From IMG/VR virus record IMGVR_UViG_3300034066_001434, positions 1 to 55,845 of that record: 55,845 nucleotides of DNA. One strand, written 5' to 3'. A program made the translations under genes and the position numbers. Every line of letters begins with the position of its first letter. Positions within the stretch are counted from its first letter, which is position 1. This DNA comes from a virus (lineage: Duplodnaviria > Caudoviricetes). The notes beneath the pieces are model-generated. The model searched no databases and was not told the DNA's origin. It saw only the letters and a list, made by a program, of their open reading frames with translations. Positions 44,368 to 55,104 of this stretch are shown here, in pieces.

Positions 44368-47300
44368 ATGGCAAGAAAAGTACTACTTGAAGCGGGATAT
44401 AGTTTTACTCCTTCTACTGGAACTATTGTTTTCAATAAATCAATTCCTAGAGAAAGATTAATTTTAATCACCAATGTAACTACCAATACAGTAATTTATA
44501 ATTTTTCAGATGCAAATTTAAGAGCTACTTCATATACAATAAATGCATCTAATTATCAACAAGGTGCTACTGTAAATTTTAATACTAAGGTTGTAACTGG
44601 TGTTAAAGATACAACTACTGTTGTATTAAATTATAATACATCTGGTATGAGTAGTACTGATAAACTTCAAATTGTTGTTGATGAATATGAAGAAAAATTT
44701 GCACCATCAGAAACATTTCAAGATCCAGTATCAAAACTAAGAATTTCTCAACCACAATCTCTAATTGATACTGACTTTGAATATTCTGTACAACCTTCAA
44801 AATGGGAATCACTTTCTTTAGTTCAGAACTATCCATCTTTTTATGCTAAGGGAACTGGTGCAGTAGCCTTTGAAGTTACTGGTCTAACTGGAGGAAATCA
44901 AACACCTAGATCAACAATTACAGCAACTACTTCAGTGGCACATGGCCTTGTTGTTGGAGACATTATCAATATTGTAGATTCAACAAACGCAGCCTCAAAT
45001 GGAACATTTTTAATTGAATCGGTCCCAACAACTACAACATTGACTTATTTTGCAAAAGGTCAAGTTAATGGTTCTGTTTTAGATACTGGATATACAACTG
45101 TAACTGGAGGAGGAATTTTCCCATCGGCAAGAATTCCACTCGCAGTTTCTGCGAGTGCTATGACTTATTCAGGCACTACAATAACAGTAACAACTACAAA
45201 TCCCCATGGGCTATACCCAGGAACTCCTATTCTTGTTTCTGGAGTTACTGCTACAACAAATGCTCCCAATGGAGCATGGGTAATTAGTAGAGTTGCAACT
45301 CCAACTACTTTTGAATTTGTAGTTGCAGCTGCACCAACAGGAACTCTTGCATCTGGAACAAACTTTCAGAATTGCCTATTGTATACAAGACCAGAAAGTT
45401 ATCAACAACATAGAGCAACTGACGGTGGTGTTCTTATTACTACTGGAAATAACGTAACTGGAGTTCAACAAATTAGACAAACTAGAAGATATTTTAGATA
45501 TCAATCTGGTAAAGGAATGCAGTTTTCAACTGGAGCAAAATTAACTCCAACATATGATATATCTACCATTTCTGCTTCAGGAACAACTGTAACAGTAACC
45601 ACAATTCAAGATCACAACCTTCAAGCAGGAGTTACAGTTTTAATAGAAGGTGTTGAATCTTCATCTGGATCTGTAGATAGTGCTTTATATAATGGATCCA
45701 GGACTATTGCTACAGTAACAGGATTAAAAACTTTTACTTATACTACAACAGGAACTCCAGCAGATTTAGCTCCAGGAGGATCCAATGTTTTTGCAACTGC
45801 TATTGGATGGAAAGGTGCTTCTGTAAGAACTGGTTTATTTGACGAGCAAAATGGATTTTTCTTTGAGTATGATGGTTTAACTTTATATGCTTGTAGGAGA
45901 GATTCTGTTAAAGAATTATTTGGAACTGTAACAGTTACAAATAATAGCGGTTTGGTAACAGGATCAAGTACACAATTTAGAAAACAGCTCGTTGTAGGAG
46001 ATAGAATTGTAATTAAAGGACAAACTTATGAAATTTCTCAAATAGATTCAGATACTCAATTAAGAATCAATCCAAATTATATTGGAATTACAAGAAGTGG
46101 TAATAGATATTTAAAAACACAAAATTATCGTGTTCCACAATCTCAATGGAACATGGACAAGATGGATGGAACTGGACCATCTGGATATAACTTAGATATT
46201 TCTAAGATGCAGATGGCATACATTGATTATACTTGGTATGGTGCTGGATATATTCGTTTTGGCTTCCGTGCAGTAAATGGTGAGATTGTTTATTGCCATA
46301 AGATGCCAAATAATAACGTAAATACCTCAGCATATATGCGTTCTGGTAACTTGCCAGGTAGATTTGAAGCTATTAATTTTGGACCTTATAGTAAATTAGT
46401 TGCTGGCGCTACTGCAACCAGAGGAAGTAACTTGACTTCTACTGATACTACTTTACATATAGAGGATGCGGTAGGATGGCCTACTTCTGGATTTGTAATG
46501 ATTCAAAATGGAATTAATGAAGAGCTTATTCAATATACTGGAATTGGTGCATATAATACAACAGTTCGTGGTTATCCTCTCACAGGATTGACAAGAAGAA
46601 CAAGTTATACAATAGCTGGCATTAATCCATCTGGAACATTTAGTGCCACTGCATATACTTTAGCAGGAACAACTAGTTCTGTCACTTTTTCCCCAGATAC
46701 AACTATTGGTGGATCGGGAACTACTCAGGTATCAGTTCAATTCTTACACTGCACATGTGCGCCTGTCGTAAGTCATTGGGGGGTTTCTGTAATTATGGAT
46801 GGTCGATATGATGATGATAAGTCTATTATCTTTACTGCTGGTATGAACAGATATCTTAGTATTGCAGCTGGAGAACAAAGGCCAGTTATAGCAATTCGTA
46901 TTGCTCCTTCCGTTGATTCTGGTATTGGTAAAAATTTCGGCATTCGTGAAATCATTAATAGAATGCAATTAACTTTATCAAGTTTGGGAATTTATTCTCA
47001 AGGACAATTTCTCATTGAAGGAATTTTAAATCCACAAACAATGACTGGTGGAGGTTTAACTTTCCCAACTGATTGGCAAAATGTGCCTGTAGGATCTGGA
47101 TCATTGGCACAAGTAGTTTATTTTAATAACACTGCAGTTTATAATGCCACAGCTTCGGCTGCAAATGGGACATTTACTGGAGGTGATAGAATTTTTGCAG
47201 CTTATACAGAAAACTCTGGCGGAACTAATTTTAGTGCTACTAGAATTGAATTGAATAATGTAAGAGATCTTGGAACATCTATTTTGAGTGGAAATGGTCT

Positions 47301-47427
47301 TGCAGGAAATATAAATCCTGGCTATCCAGTTGGACCAGATATTTTATTAGTATCTGCGAGAAATTTAGCAGCTACAGGAACAGCAAACATCGCATGTCGT
47401 ATTTCTTGGACGGAGGCTCAGGCGTAA
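44368..47427 (+). CDS. Virion structural protein
   Basis: LILITNVT.N.VIYNFSD, DPVSKLRISQPQSLIDTDFEY, RQTRRYFRYQSGKG, WYGAG.IRFG; repeated HGL..G modules. Confidence 0.85.
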   Translation: MARKVLLEAGYSFTPSTGTIVFNKSIPRERLILITNVTTNTVIYNFSDANLRATSYTINASNYQQGATVNFNTKVVTGVKDTTTVVLNYNTSGMSSTDKLQIVVDEYEEKFAPSETFQDPVSKLRISQPQSLIDTDFEYSVQPSKWESLSLVQNYPSFYAKGTGAVAFEVTGLTGGNQTPRSTITATTSVAHGLVVGDIINIVDSTNAASNGTFLIESVPTTTTLTYFAKGQVNGSVLDTGYTTVTGGGIFPSARIPLAVSASAMTYSGTTITVTTTNPHGLYPGTPILVSGVTATTNAPNGAWVISRVATPTTFEFVVAAAPTGTLASGTNFQNCLLYTRPESYQQHRATDGGVLITTGNNVTGVQQIRQTRRYFRYQSGKGMQFSTGAKLTPTYDISTISASGTTVTVTTIQDHNLQAGVTVLIEGVESSSGSVDSALYNGSRTIATVTGLKTFTYTTTGTPADLAPGGSNVFATAIGWKGASVRTGLFDEQNGFFFEYDGLTLYACRRDSVKELFGTVTVTNNSGLVTGSSTQFRKQLVVGDRIVIKGQTYEISQIDSDTQLRINPNYIGITRSGNRYLKTQNYRVPQSQWNMDKMDGTGPSGYNLDISKMQMAYIDYTWYGAGYIRFGFRAVNGEIVYCHKMPNNNVNTSAYMRSGNLPGRFEAINFGPYSKLVAGATATRGSNLTSTDTTLHIEDAVGWPTSGFVMIQNGINEELIQYTGIGAYNTTVRGYPLTGLTRRTSYTIAGINPSGTFSATAYTLAGTTSSVTFSPDTTIGGSGTTQVSVQFLHCTCAPVVSHWGVSVIMDGRYDDDKSIIFTAGMNRYLSIAAGEQRPVIAIRIAPSVDSGIGKNFGIREIINRMQLTLSSLGIYSQGQFLIEGILNPQTMTGGGLTFPTDWQNVPVGSGSLAQVVYFNNTAVYNATASAANGTFTGGDRIFAAYTENSGGTNFSATRIELNNVRDLGTSILSGNGLAGNINPGYPVGPDILLVSARNLAATGTANIACRISWTEAQA

Positions 47428-47430
47428 ACT

Positions 47431-50400
47431 ATGGCTAAACTTAAATCAGGTACTAGAATATACGGAAGTGCTACAGTTGATACCAATTTAACTGTTTCTG
47501 GAGATGGATTTTTCTCTAATATAGCTTTGTTTGATGATAATGTTCCATCACATTATCTAACAATAACAAATAGTGCTAACTTAACTGCAACAAGAACTTT
47601 AAGCGTAAATGTAAACGACGCTGATAGAACTATTTCACTAAGCGGTAACTTAACTTTAGCAAATAGTTTAACAACTTCTGGCAACTTTGCAGTTACATTT
47701 ACTGCCACTGGAGCTACAACTTTAACATTACCAACTACAGGAACTCTTGCAACTTTAGCAGATATAACTGCATCAGTTGGATTATCTGCGTCAACAACTT
47801 CTACTCAGTCTGGATACTTTGGAGATATTTTCTTATTTGATGATTCTACTCCATCTCATTATTTACAAATAACAAACAGTGCCAATTTAACTGCTGCTAG
47901 AAGTTTAAGTGTAAATGTAAATGATGCCAACAGAACAGTATCATTAAGTGGAGATTTAACTATTTCTTCTACTGCAACAGTTTCTGGAACTAATACTGGA
48001 GACCAAACTATCACACTCACGGGTGATGTAACAGGCACTGGTACTGGATCTTTTGGTACCACTCTCGCCAACAGTGGTGTAACTGCTGGCACTTATAATG
48101 ACTCAGCAACTGCGGTAAGACCATTTACAGTTGATGCTAAGGGACGTATCACGAGCATAGGCACCGCTGTGACTACCACTCCAGCTTTTAGCTCTATTAC
48201 TTCAAAACCCACTACTTTAAGTGGCTATGGGATCACCGACGCCCTGTCTAGACTCGTCGTGACAACAGCTGTGGGTGGTATAGCAGCTGCGGATGGGCCG
48301 AATACTTGGGCGAAGATCGCAACATTCTCCACAGGCACGAACCAGTTTGCCGACTGCACGTTGATTCTCGGGATATCCAGTAGTGTTTCCACGCTTCACG
48401 ACACGGCCATCGTGTCCGTGTACTTCCGCTCCAACGTCACAAATGAAAACCCGACAGTCGATGTAGAGATTCTCTCAAAGGGAGGAAATACCTCAGGACA
48501 TATCGTTAACGACTCGTTCAAGATGATATCTGGCGCCTGGTCCACAAATATGGAACTGTGGATGAAGAAGGCCCAAGCATACGGTCAGTTCAACATATTC
48601 GAGTTATCTAGAAGGTTCCAAGGTGGCACGCTCACTTACCACGACGCAGCGTCGTGGCAGGCTGCAACACCCACTGGAGCCACTAATAACGTCTCCAGCG
48701 ACGGCGTAACATCGGGTCTGAAGCTTACTGCAAACTCACGTTCCTCCGCAGCGGACTGGGTGATTACTGGCAATAGCATAGGTGTTGCTAATGCCTCAGG
48801 TCTGTACCAAGACTCATCCAATAACATGCAGTTTGCTGCAAGAGATGGTTCTGGAACTTTAAGATTAGTTTTAGATTCAAATAACACTTCAGGTTCTTAT
48901 TTAAACACAACTGCTGGATTTGCAATTGGAAGCAATTCAACAACTCCTGGATATACTACATTAGCAACTAATCTTAGATTAGGTGTTAGCACAAAGACAG
49001 GAACTTATTCAAACTCTGCTGGTGGAACAGTTATTACTATAACTTGCACTAACCATGGACTGACAACTGGAGATTCAGTTTATATTGATTATACTTCTGG
49101 AACTGCAGGGGATTCATATTACAACCAAGTAACAGTAACAAACTCAAGTACATTCACTGTAACTGGCGGTGTTATTGCTGCAGCCAACTCTGCTCAATCT
49201 TGCACTATTTACCTAGAAACACAAATTAGATTCCCTGGGGCATTTGGAGATGGTGGTAATACTTTTGATCACACAGTAATTTCGGAAAGACTTTATGGTG
49301 CTGGTGATGATTCTGAATTACTTATATACAAAGGTAATGATGGTGGAACATCTATTCAAGACAATATAAGACTTGCTGCTACCGGCGATATTTATTTTCA
49401 TAGCGGTACTGGAACGGGTGTGTATAGTGGTTTTATCAATTCCTTTGGAAATTCTTTAGCATCATCAACAGTTTCCATTCTTGCTTCTGGTAATGTTGGA
49501 GTTGGCACAGTTAATCCAGGTGCAAAACTTGAAGTTTTTGGTACGTCAAGATTTGGCGGAACTACAAGTGCTGGAAGAAGAGCAGATATAGCAACTGATG
49601 GTATTTTAACTCTTGCGTATGGAAATAATACAAATACTTCTAACTTAATTCTTCAAAATATTTCTGATGTTACTTCTACAACGAATCATGGAAATAGTAT
49701 TTTATGGCAATTTGGAACTAATACTACAACAACTGCAATTAGTGCTGGAAGAATTAATATTCTTAAAGAACAACAGTGGACTACTACTGCTTCTACACAA
49801 GATTCATATTTTTCAGTTGACCTTGCAGTTGATGGAACTTTAACTGAAAGATTAAAAGTTACTTCTGCTGGTAATCTTACAGCTAATGGAAGCGTTACTG
49901 CAAGTAATGATGTAAGCCTTGGAGGAGAACTTAATTTTTCTAATGCAAACAATAAATATATTGATTTTTATACTACAGATGATGTAACTAATTACACTGC
50001 ACATTTAAGACTTGTTAATAATGCCTCAAGTTCATTCCATCTCGGAATGACTATGGCAAGAGCTGGTGCAGTTACATTATATCATAATAATAGTGCTAAA
50101 CTTGCAACCTCTGCTGATGGAGCTTCTGTAACTGGAAATCTCACTGTAAGTGGAAACCTTACAATAAATGGAACAACTACTACAATAAATTCTAATGTAA
50201 CTACTTTAGATGATCCTATTATTACTTTAGGTGGTGATACTTCTGTTGCTGAAACTACTAAAGATAGAGGTATAGAATTTAAGTGGGGTGGCGTTGCCAT
50301 AAGTGTCTCAAACTATGTTGGTGTTGGAACGGCCCTTGTAACTGCTAACGTTGCCTCGACCACTGGTTATGCGACTGGGGACATTATTACAATTTCTGGA

Positions 50401-53400
50401 GCAACTGGCACCGAGCAGGCTAAGCTTAACGGTACCTGGATCATATCTGTGCTGAATGGTACTCAGTTCTCCTTCTCCATATTCCCCGCAATTCTAACCA
50501 CGGGAACGTACTCAACAACTATAGGTACTACTGTAAAATCAAATAATGGTTTCTTCGGGTTCGATCAGTCCGCTCAACGATTGACCTTTATCCCAAGGGC
50601 AGATGCAGTCAATGAAGTTTACGCTGGTACGAGAGGTGACTTTGAGATAGGAAATATTATTGCTTCAGGTGCTCTGACGGGTTCTGTCCGTCCAAGAACT
50701 GCCGTTACGTCTTACAGAGACCACTCTGTTGGAGCTTTTGACGATGCTCCGATTTACTCCAGAGCAAGTACAGAGGATAACTGGATATACTGCGATACAG
50801 CAAATGCACAGTGGGGAATCTATCATAGAAATATAGATAGCACACTTGTTGTCTCCGGTCAACCAGATCTTCCACAGAACTCTATTGCCTTTATCGGGGG
50901 TAATAATCTCACTGCGTATGTAAACTTAGCTAATGGAAATGTTTATTGTGGAGATATAATCGCTTCTGGAGGAGATATCACTACCGGGGCCGCAGTTGCT
51001 AGTAATTTATTTGGTACTACTACAACGGCAGCCATTGAAATTGGCGGAGCACTAACCACAGGAACTATAAGAATAGGTTCTACTACTGGCTCAGGAGCGA
51101 TTAATATTGGTAATACAGGTACTGCAGCAGCACAAGCAGTTAATATTGCAACTGCAACTACTGGTACTATTACAATTGGTGGTGCTACTTCACTAGTAAA
51201 TATTGCAACTGGTTCTGCAACGGGAACTGTACAAATTGGAACTACCACTGCAGCAGCACAACAAATTATTATTGGATCTGGAACTACGAGTACTATATCT
51301 ATTGGTGGTACTGGTTCTCCAGTAAATATCGCAACTGGTGCTTCGACGGGAGCCATACAGATCGGAAGTACCACAGCATCTGCTCAGAACATTACAATTG
51401 GTGGAACTACAACGGGAACTATTAATATAGGCTCAGTATCTGGTGCGAACACTATCAACGTAGGAAGTACAAGTTCCACTGCAGTTAATCTACCAACAGG
51501 TAAAACAAAAGTTGGTCAGACATTCCTACTGCAAGGTGGTGCTGTAAATATCACGCTACCTACTGCTGCTGGTACTTTAGTTGGTTCTGGAGATACTACT
51601 TTACCGTCATCTATTACAGCTTCTTCACTGACTTCTGTAGGAACTTTAACTGGATTAACTGTAACTGGTACTGGAACTAATGCTATTTCATTAACTACAG
51701 GAACAACTGGCGTATTAACTCTAGATTCTGGTTCAACTGGAGGTATTAACATTGGCACTAATACCAACGCTAAAACTATTACTATTGGTAACGCTACTGG
51801 TGCTACGTCAGTGGTCTTAAATTGTGGTACTGGCGCTTTAAACATCGGTTCTAATGCAATTGCTAGAACCATAACAGTTGGAAACTCCACTGGTGCATCT
51901 ACTCTTGCCCTAAATGCTGGTACTGGTTTTATTAGATTTAATACACATATTGCAGATTCAAATGGTAATGAATTAATTAAGTTCCCTACTGCAGTTGCTT
52001 CTGCTGTAAATGAAATTACTATATCAAATGCGCCGACTGGCATTGATCCTATTATTGAAGCTTCAGGATCAAATACCGATGTCGGTTTAGGTATTTATCC
52101 CAAGGGGACAGGGTATCTTTATTTGGGGAAAAACTCTGTAGGATCACCTTTACTAACAGTAACTCAAACCCAGTTTCAATCAGTTGCCTCTACAAATCTA
52201 TTTCAGGGGTCTGTTGACGTAAATGGCACTCTAAGTGTATCAGACCCATCTGCAACGCAGTCAAGAATTAATCATCTTAATAATGTAGATACAATCGTAA
52301 TTGATAACGGAAATAATACTTATACCTACAAAGTTGCCCCAAATGGGAGTTCCACAGATAGTTATTTTGCAGTTACAGGAATTCCTGGACCAGTATCTCC
52401 CTCTATAGCCACAGTTGTTGTTGGATCTACATTTAATCCCACAAATATTAGATCTACAGAAAATTATATTAACAATCCAGTTGTAATAGGAAGAACTGAT
52501 CTAGCTTTAACTGGACCAGTTACGGCATTTAACACAACTCCTACAGTCGCAGGACTTGGATATAGAGATGGCGTAAACACATTTTTAACAACATCTGCTG
52601 AGAGTGGTTTTCTAGCTAGAGTTACTTTACTAGTTGGAGGTGGAATTATAAGATCTGTAGTATCAACCCCACTTAGAGAAGGTGCCGCATATCGTGAATC
52701 TGAAGTACTATCAGTTAATACTCCAGAATCAATTGTTGGTATAACTAGTGCCACTGGAAGTGGATCAAATGCGACTGTTAATTTCTTACGAGTCACTCCT
52801 ATTGATTGTACTTCTAGTGGAAGTGGAACCGCTGTAACTTTAACTTTTGCAGTACAACAAACATATGCACCATATCCAGTTGGGTCTACAATCACAGTAA
52901 CTGGATTGAGTGTTGCAGGTCATAATGGAACATTTACCGTCACTGGTTGTACTACTACTACTGTTACATACACCAACGCAACTACTGGATCAGGAACAGG
53001 AGGAACTGTTTCAATTCACCCATTCACTACAGCTCATAGAGTAACTATTACTCTTGTTACTCCAACAAATTACAACGCAACTAATGTTGCTGTCATAAGT
53101 TCTACAGCTACATCTGTTACTTATGCATTCCCAGGAGCTGCCACAACTACTCCAGGAACCACAGGTACACTAGCTCAAGGAACTACAGTTACAACCACAG
53201 GACAAGTTACTGTGTCCACTGTAAGAAAAGCGGGACTTTCTATATTAAATAGCTCTTTAAACACCATAAGACTTGAAGCGACAGAAACAACATCAACAAA
53301 TTCGTCTACTATTCTTGGAAATATAGTATTCTCAGCTAAAGACCTTAATTCAGGAGGTTATGGAGATAAAGTTCAACTTCGTGGAGTAGCAGAAGGAACC

Positions 53401-54144
53401 AATGCAGGAGGAAGATTAGAAGTATGGACCTCGCAAAACGGACAAGAACCTATTTTAGGATTTGCTTTTACTGGAACTAATGAGTTTAAACTCTATAACA
53501 GTACTGGAACTTTTAGTCATACATTTACAAACAGTCCGACTGGCAATAGAATTCTTACGATCCCCGACGTTACGACAACCCTAGTTGGAACAGACGCAAC
53601 TCAGACTTTATCAAATAAAACCTACCTAATCCCATTTACTCAAGGTGCTGGAACATATTTAACAGCTACACAAGAAACAACAAATCAACCATTATTCCCT
53701 GCTCCTGGAGATACTATTATTTTAGCTGCTGGTGTATATGAAGTTAAAATGCTTGTTTTCGTGACTAGAGGTGCAACTTCTATTACTGCATCACAACTAA
53801 GAATAAACCTTCTTGGAGCTGGCAATGCAGCAGGAACATTTACTGGAATTGCTATTGGATTCAATGCTGGCACTGGTGCATCAACTGCGTATCATTTTTC
53901 TGCTATTAATATCACCACAAACAATACAGTAGCGCCTTCTATCACAACTGCAGCAGGTAGTTATCAAGCTGAAATTTCTGGAATAATTAAAATTACCACA
54001 GCGGGAACATTTATTCCTGCATATGGATTAACAGCAGTATTAAATAATGCAACTACACCAACAACATGTAGTGCAACAAACTACATGAGACTTCTTCCAA
54101 TCAGTACATCTGGAACTACTACAGTTCAGGGTGGATGGAGCTAA
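47431..54144 (+). CDS. Large mosaic tail fibre protein (2237 aa)
   Basis: MAKLKSGTRIYG start; TVDAKGRIT, KPTTLSGYGITDA and GNLTVSGNLTINGTTT fibre motifs; IG-repeat beta-solenoid tract. Confidence 0.85.
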   Translation: MAKLKSGTRIYGSATVDTNLTVSGDGFFSNIALFDDNVPSHYLTITNSANLTATRTLSVNVNDADRTISLSGNLTLANSLTTSGNFAVTFTATGATTLTLPTTGTLATLADITASVGLSASTTSTQSGYFGDIFLFDDSTPSHYLQITNSANLTAARSLSVNVNDANRTVSLSGDLTISSTATVSGTNTGDQTITLTGDVTGTGTGSFGTTLANSGVTAGTYNDSATAVRPFTVDAKGRITSIGTAVTTTPAFSSITSKPTTLSGYGITDALSRLVVTTAVGGIAAADGPNTWAKIATFSTGTNQFADCTLILGISSSVSTLHDTAIVSVYFRSNVTNENPTVDVEILSKGGNTSGHIVNDSFKMISGAWSTNMELWMKKAQAYGQFNIFELSRRFQGGTLTYHDAASWQAATPTGATNNVSSDGVTSGLKLTANSRSSAADWVITGNSIGVANASGLYQDSSNNMQFAARDGSGTLRLVLDSNNTSGSYLNTTAGFAIGSNSTTPGYTTLATNLRLGVSTKTGTYSNSAGGTVITITCTNHGLTTGDSVYIDYTSGTAGDSYYNQVTVTNSSTFTVTGGVIAAANSAQSCTIYLETQIRFPGAFGDGGNTFDHTVISERLYGAGDDSELLIYKGNDGGTSIQDNIRLAATGDIYFHSGTGTGVYSGFINSFGNSLASSTVSILASGNVGVGTVNPGAKLEVFGTSRFGGTTSAGRRADIATDGILTLAYGNNTNTSNLILQNISDVTSTTNHGNSILWQFGTNTTTTAISAGRINILKEQQWTTTASTQDSYFSVDLAVDGTLTERLKVTSAGNLTANGSVTASNDVSLGGELNFSNANNKYIDFYTTDDVTNYTAHLRLVNNASSSFHLGMTMARAGAVTLYHNNSAKLATSADGASVTGNLTVSGNLTINGTTTTINSNVTTLDDPIITLGGDTSVAETTKDRGIEFKWGGVAISVSNYVGVGTALVTANVASTTGYATGDIITISGATGTEQAKLNGTWIISVLNGTQFSFSIFPAILTTGTYSTTIGTTVKSNNGFFGFDQSAQRLTFIPRADAVNEVYAGTRGDFEIGNIIASGALTGSVRPRTAVTSYRDHSVGAFDDAPIYSRASTEDNWIYCDTANAQWGIYHRNIDSTLVVSGQPDLPQNSIAFIGGNNLTAYVNLANGNVYCGDIIASGGDITTGAAVASNLFGTTTTAAIEIGGALTTGTIRIGSTTGSGAINIGNTGTAAAQAVNIATATTGTITIGGATSLVNIATGSATGTVQIGTTTAAAQQIIIGSGTTSTISIGGTGSPVNIATGASTGAIQIGSTTASAQNITIGGTTTGTINIGSVSGANTINVGSTSSTAVNLPTGKTKVGQTFLLQGGAVNITLPTAAGTLVGSGDTTLPSSITASSLTSVGTLTGLTVTGTGTNAISLTTGTTGVLTLDSGSTGGINIGTNTNAKTITIGNATGATSVVLNCGTGALNIGSNAIARTITVGNSTGASTLALNAGTGFIRFNTHIADSNGNELIKFPTAVASAVNEITISNAPTGIDPIIEASGSNTDVGLGIYPKGTGYLYLGKNSVGSPLLTVTQTQFQSVASTNLFQGSVDVNGTLSVSDPSATQSRINHLNNVDTIVIDNGNNTYTYKVAPNGSSTDSYFAVTGIPGPVSPSIATVVVGSTFNPTNIRSTENYINNPVVIGRTDLALTGPVTAFNTTPTVAGLGYRDGVNTFLTTSAESGFLARVTLLVGGGIIRSVVSTPLREGAAYRESEVLSVNTPESIVGITSATGSGSNATVNFLRVTPIDCTSSGSGTAVTLTFAVQQTYAPYPVGSTITVTGLSVAGHNGTFTVTGCTTTTVTYTNATTGSGTGGTVSIHPFTTAHRVTITLVTPTNYNATNVAVISSTATSVTYAFPGAATTTPGTTGTLAQGTTVTTTGQVTVSTVRKAGLSILNSSLNTIRLEATETTSTNSSTILGNIVFSAKDLNSGGYGDKVQLRGVAEGTNAGGRLEVWTSQNGQEPILGFAFTGTNEFKLYNSTGTFSHTFTNSPTGNRILTIPDVTTTLVGTDATQTLSNKTYLIPFTQGAGTYLTATQETTNQPLFPAPGDTIILAAGVYEVKMLVFVTRGATSITASQLRINLLGAGNAAGTFTGIAIGFNAGTGASTAYHFSAINITTNNTVAPSITTAAGSYQAEISGIIKITTAGTFIPAYGLTAVLNNATTPTTCSATNYMRLLPISTSGTTTVQGGWS

Positions 54145-54197
54145 TTTAATATAGTAGTTAGATACTTAAAGTATTAATTCTGAACCCTGACAGAGTT

Positions 54198-54226
54198 ATT
54201 ATAGCAGGTTCGGCTACCCTTGTCAA
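54198..54226 (-). promoter_or_regulatory. Antisense sigma70 consensus promoter
   Basis: Minus strand: TTGACA (54226-54221), 17 bp, TGC-TATAAT (54203-54198). Confidence 0.8.
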
Positions 54227-54231
54227 CCCCC

Positions 54232-54260
54232 TTGACAAACCCGCATAAATATGTTACGAT
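54232..54260 (+). promoter_or_regulatory. Sigma70-like promoter with a nested late promoter motif
   Basis: TTGACA, 17 bp, TACGAT; CATAAATA at 54244-54251 in the spacer. Confidence 0.75.
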
Positions 54261-54290
54261 TACCACATTACACTATTTTAGGTAAGAACA

Positions 54291-54494
54291 ATGACAATGA
54301 CTCCTGAACAACTTCTAGAAAATTTCAAGTCCCAACAACAAGCTGTTGGTGAAGAAATTCGTAAGGCCGAGATGGAACTTGCACAAAAGAAAGAACTATT
54401 TGTAAAACTTCAAGGTGCTATTGAAGGGTTTACACTTCTAACTGGAGAAACAGAAGAGCCAGAAGTTTCTCCAACGGAAGTAGTTGAAGAATGA
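54291..54494 (+). CDS. Small coiled-coil hypothetical protein
   Basis: 67 aa; KLQGAIE motif. Confidence 0.75.
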   Translation: MTMTPEQLLENFKSQQQAVGEEIRKAEMELAQKKELFVKLQGAIEGFTLLTGETEEPEVSPTEVVEE

Positions 54495-54495
54495 A

Positions 54496-54765
54496 ATGTC
54501 TAATTCAAATCAAATAAAAAATGAATTAATGGGAAGATTAAAAAATCTTTCTGAAACAATTACTGATTCTCTTGGTGAAATATCCAAGGGAAATTCAGTT
54601 TTTGTTGAATCTTCTATTCAAGAATCTAGAATGAATACTTGTAAATCCTGTGAATATTTTAATGCAAAAACAACTCAATGTCGTCATTGTGGTTGTTTCA
54701 TGAGTGCAAAAACCAGACTAAAATCTGGTTCTTGTCCTGTTGGAAAATGGAGTAAATCATCATGA
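54496..54765 (+). CDS. Cys-rich hypothetical protein (DUF6171-like)
   Basis: RMNTCKSCE...QCRHCGCFMSAK......CPVGKW. Confidence 0.75.
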   Translation: MSNSNQIKNELMGRLKNLSETITDSLGEISKGNSVFVESSIQESRMNTCKSCEYFNAKTTQCRHCGCFMSAKTRLKSGSCPVGKWSKSS

Positions 54766-54914
54766 ACAAATACAAAATTCTAGATACAATTTTAAAAGAA
54801 CGTTGTGACCGATTTCAAGAATTAATTGAAGAAGGTCGATATGAAGATGCACTTTCAATTGGTGAGGAATTTGACGAATGGATCTCAGTGTGTCAGAGTT
54901 GGCCAATAAAGTAG
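54762..54914 (+). CDS. Small hypothetical protein (50 aa)
   Basis: ATGA overlap; MNKYKILDTILKERCDRFQELIEEGRYEDALSIGEEF... Confidence 0.6.
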   Translation: MNKYKILDTILKERCDRFQELIEEGRYEDALSIGEEFDEWISVCQSWPIK

Positions 54915-55027
54915 AAATACTTGAGGAACAACTGAAAGAACAACAAGTTCTTTTAAATAATCTTATATTAATGATTCATCTTGCAGACACTGATTTAAAA
55001 AATCAATTGCATTTATTGGACTCATAA
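54878..55027 (+). CDS. Small coiled-coil hypothetical protein (49 aa)
   Basis: MDLSVSELANKVEILEEQLKEQ...; GAGG upstream. Confidence 0.5.
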   Translation: MDLSVSELANKVEILEEQLKEQQVLLNNLILMIHLADTDLKNQLHLLDS

Positions 55028-55049
55028 GTTTTCCTGATTACCGAACCCC

Positions 55050-55078
55050 TTGACAGATGGACAAAACTCCTATATATT
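55050..55078 (+). promoter_or_regulatory. Sigma70-like promoter
   Basis: TTGACA, 17 bp, TATATT. Confidence 0.65.
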
Positions 55079-55104
55079 ATTACATGTTCGACAGGGATTC
55101 AATC

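Noticed and set aside
41491-53873. Many minus-strand Val/Pro-rich ORFs in the fibre genes
   Set aside because: Mirror products of Thr/Gly codon bias on the sense strand
39551-54144. Diversity-generating retroelement or invertible fibre cassette
   Set aside because: No reverse transcriptase or invertase in the window, repeat differences are mostly synonymous rather than adenine-specific, and I saw no flanking inverted sites
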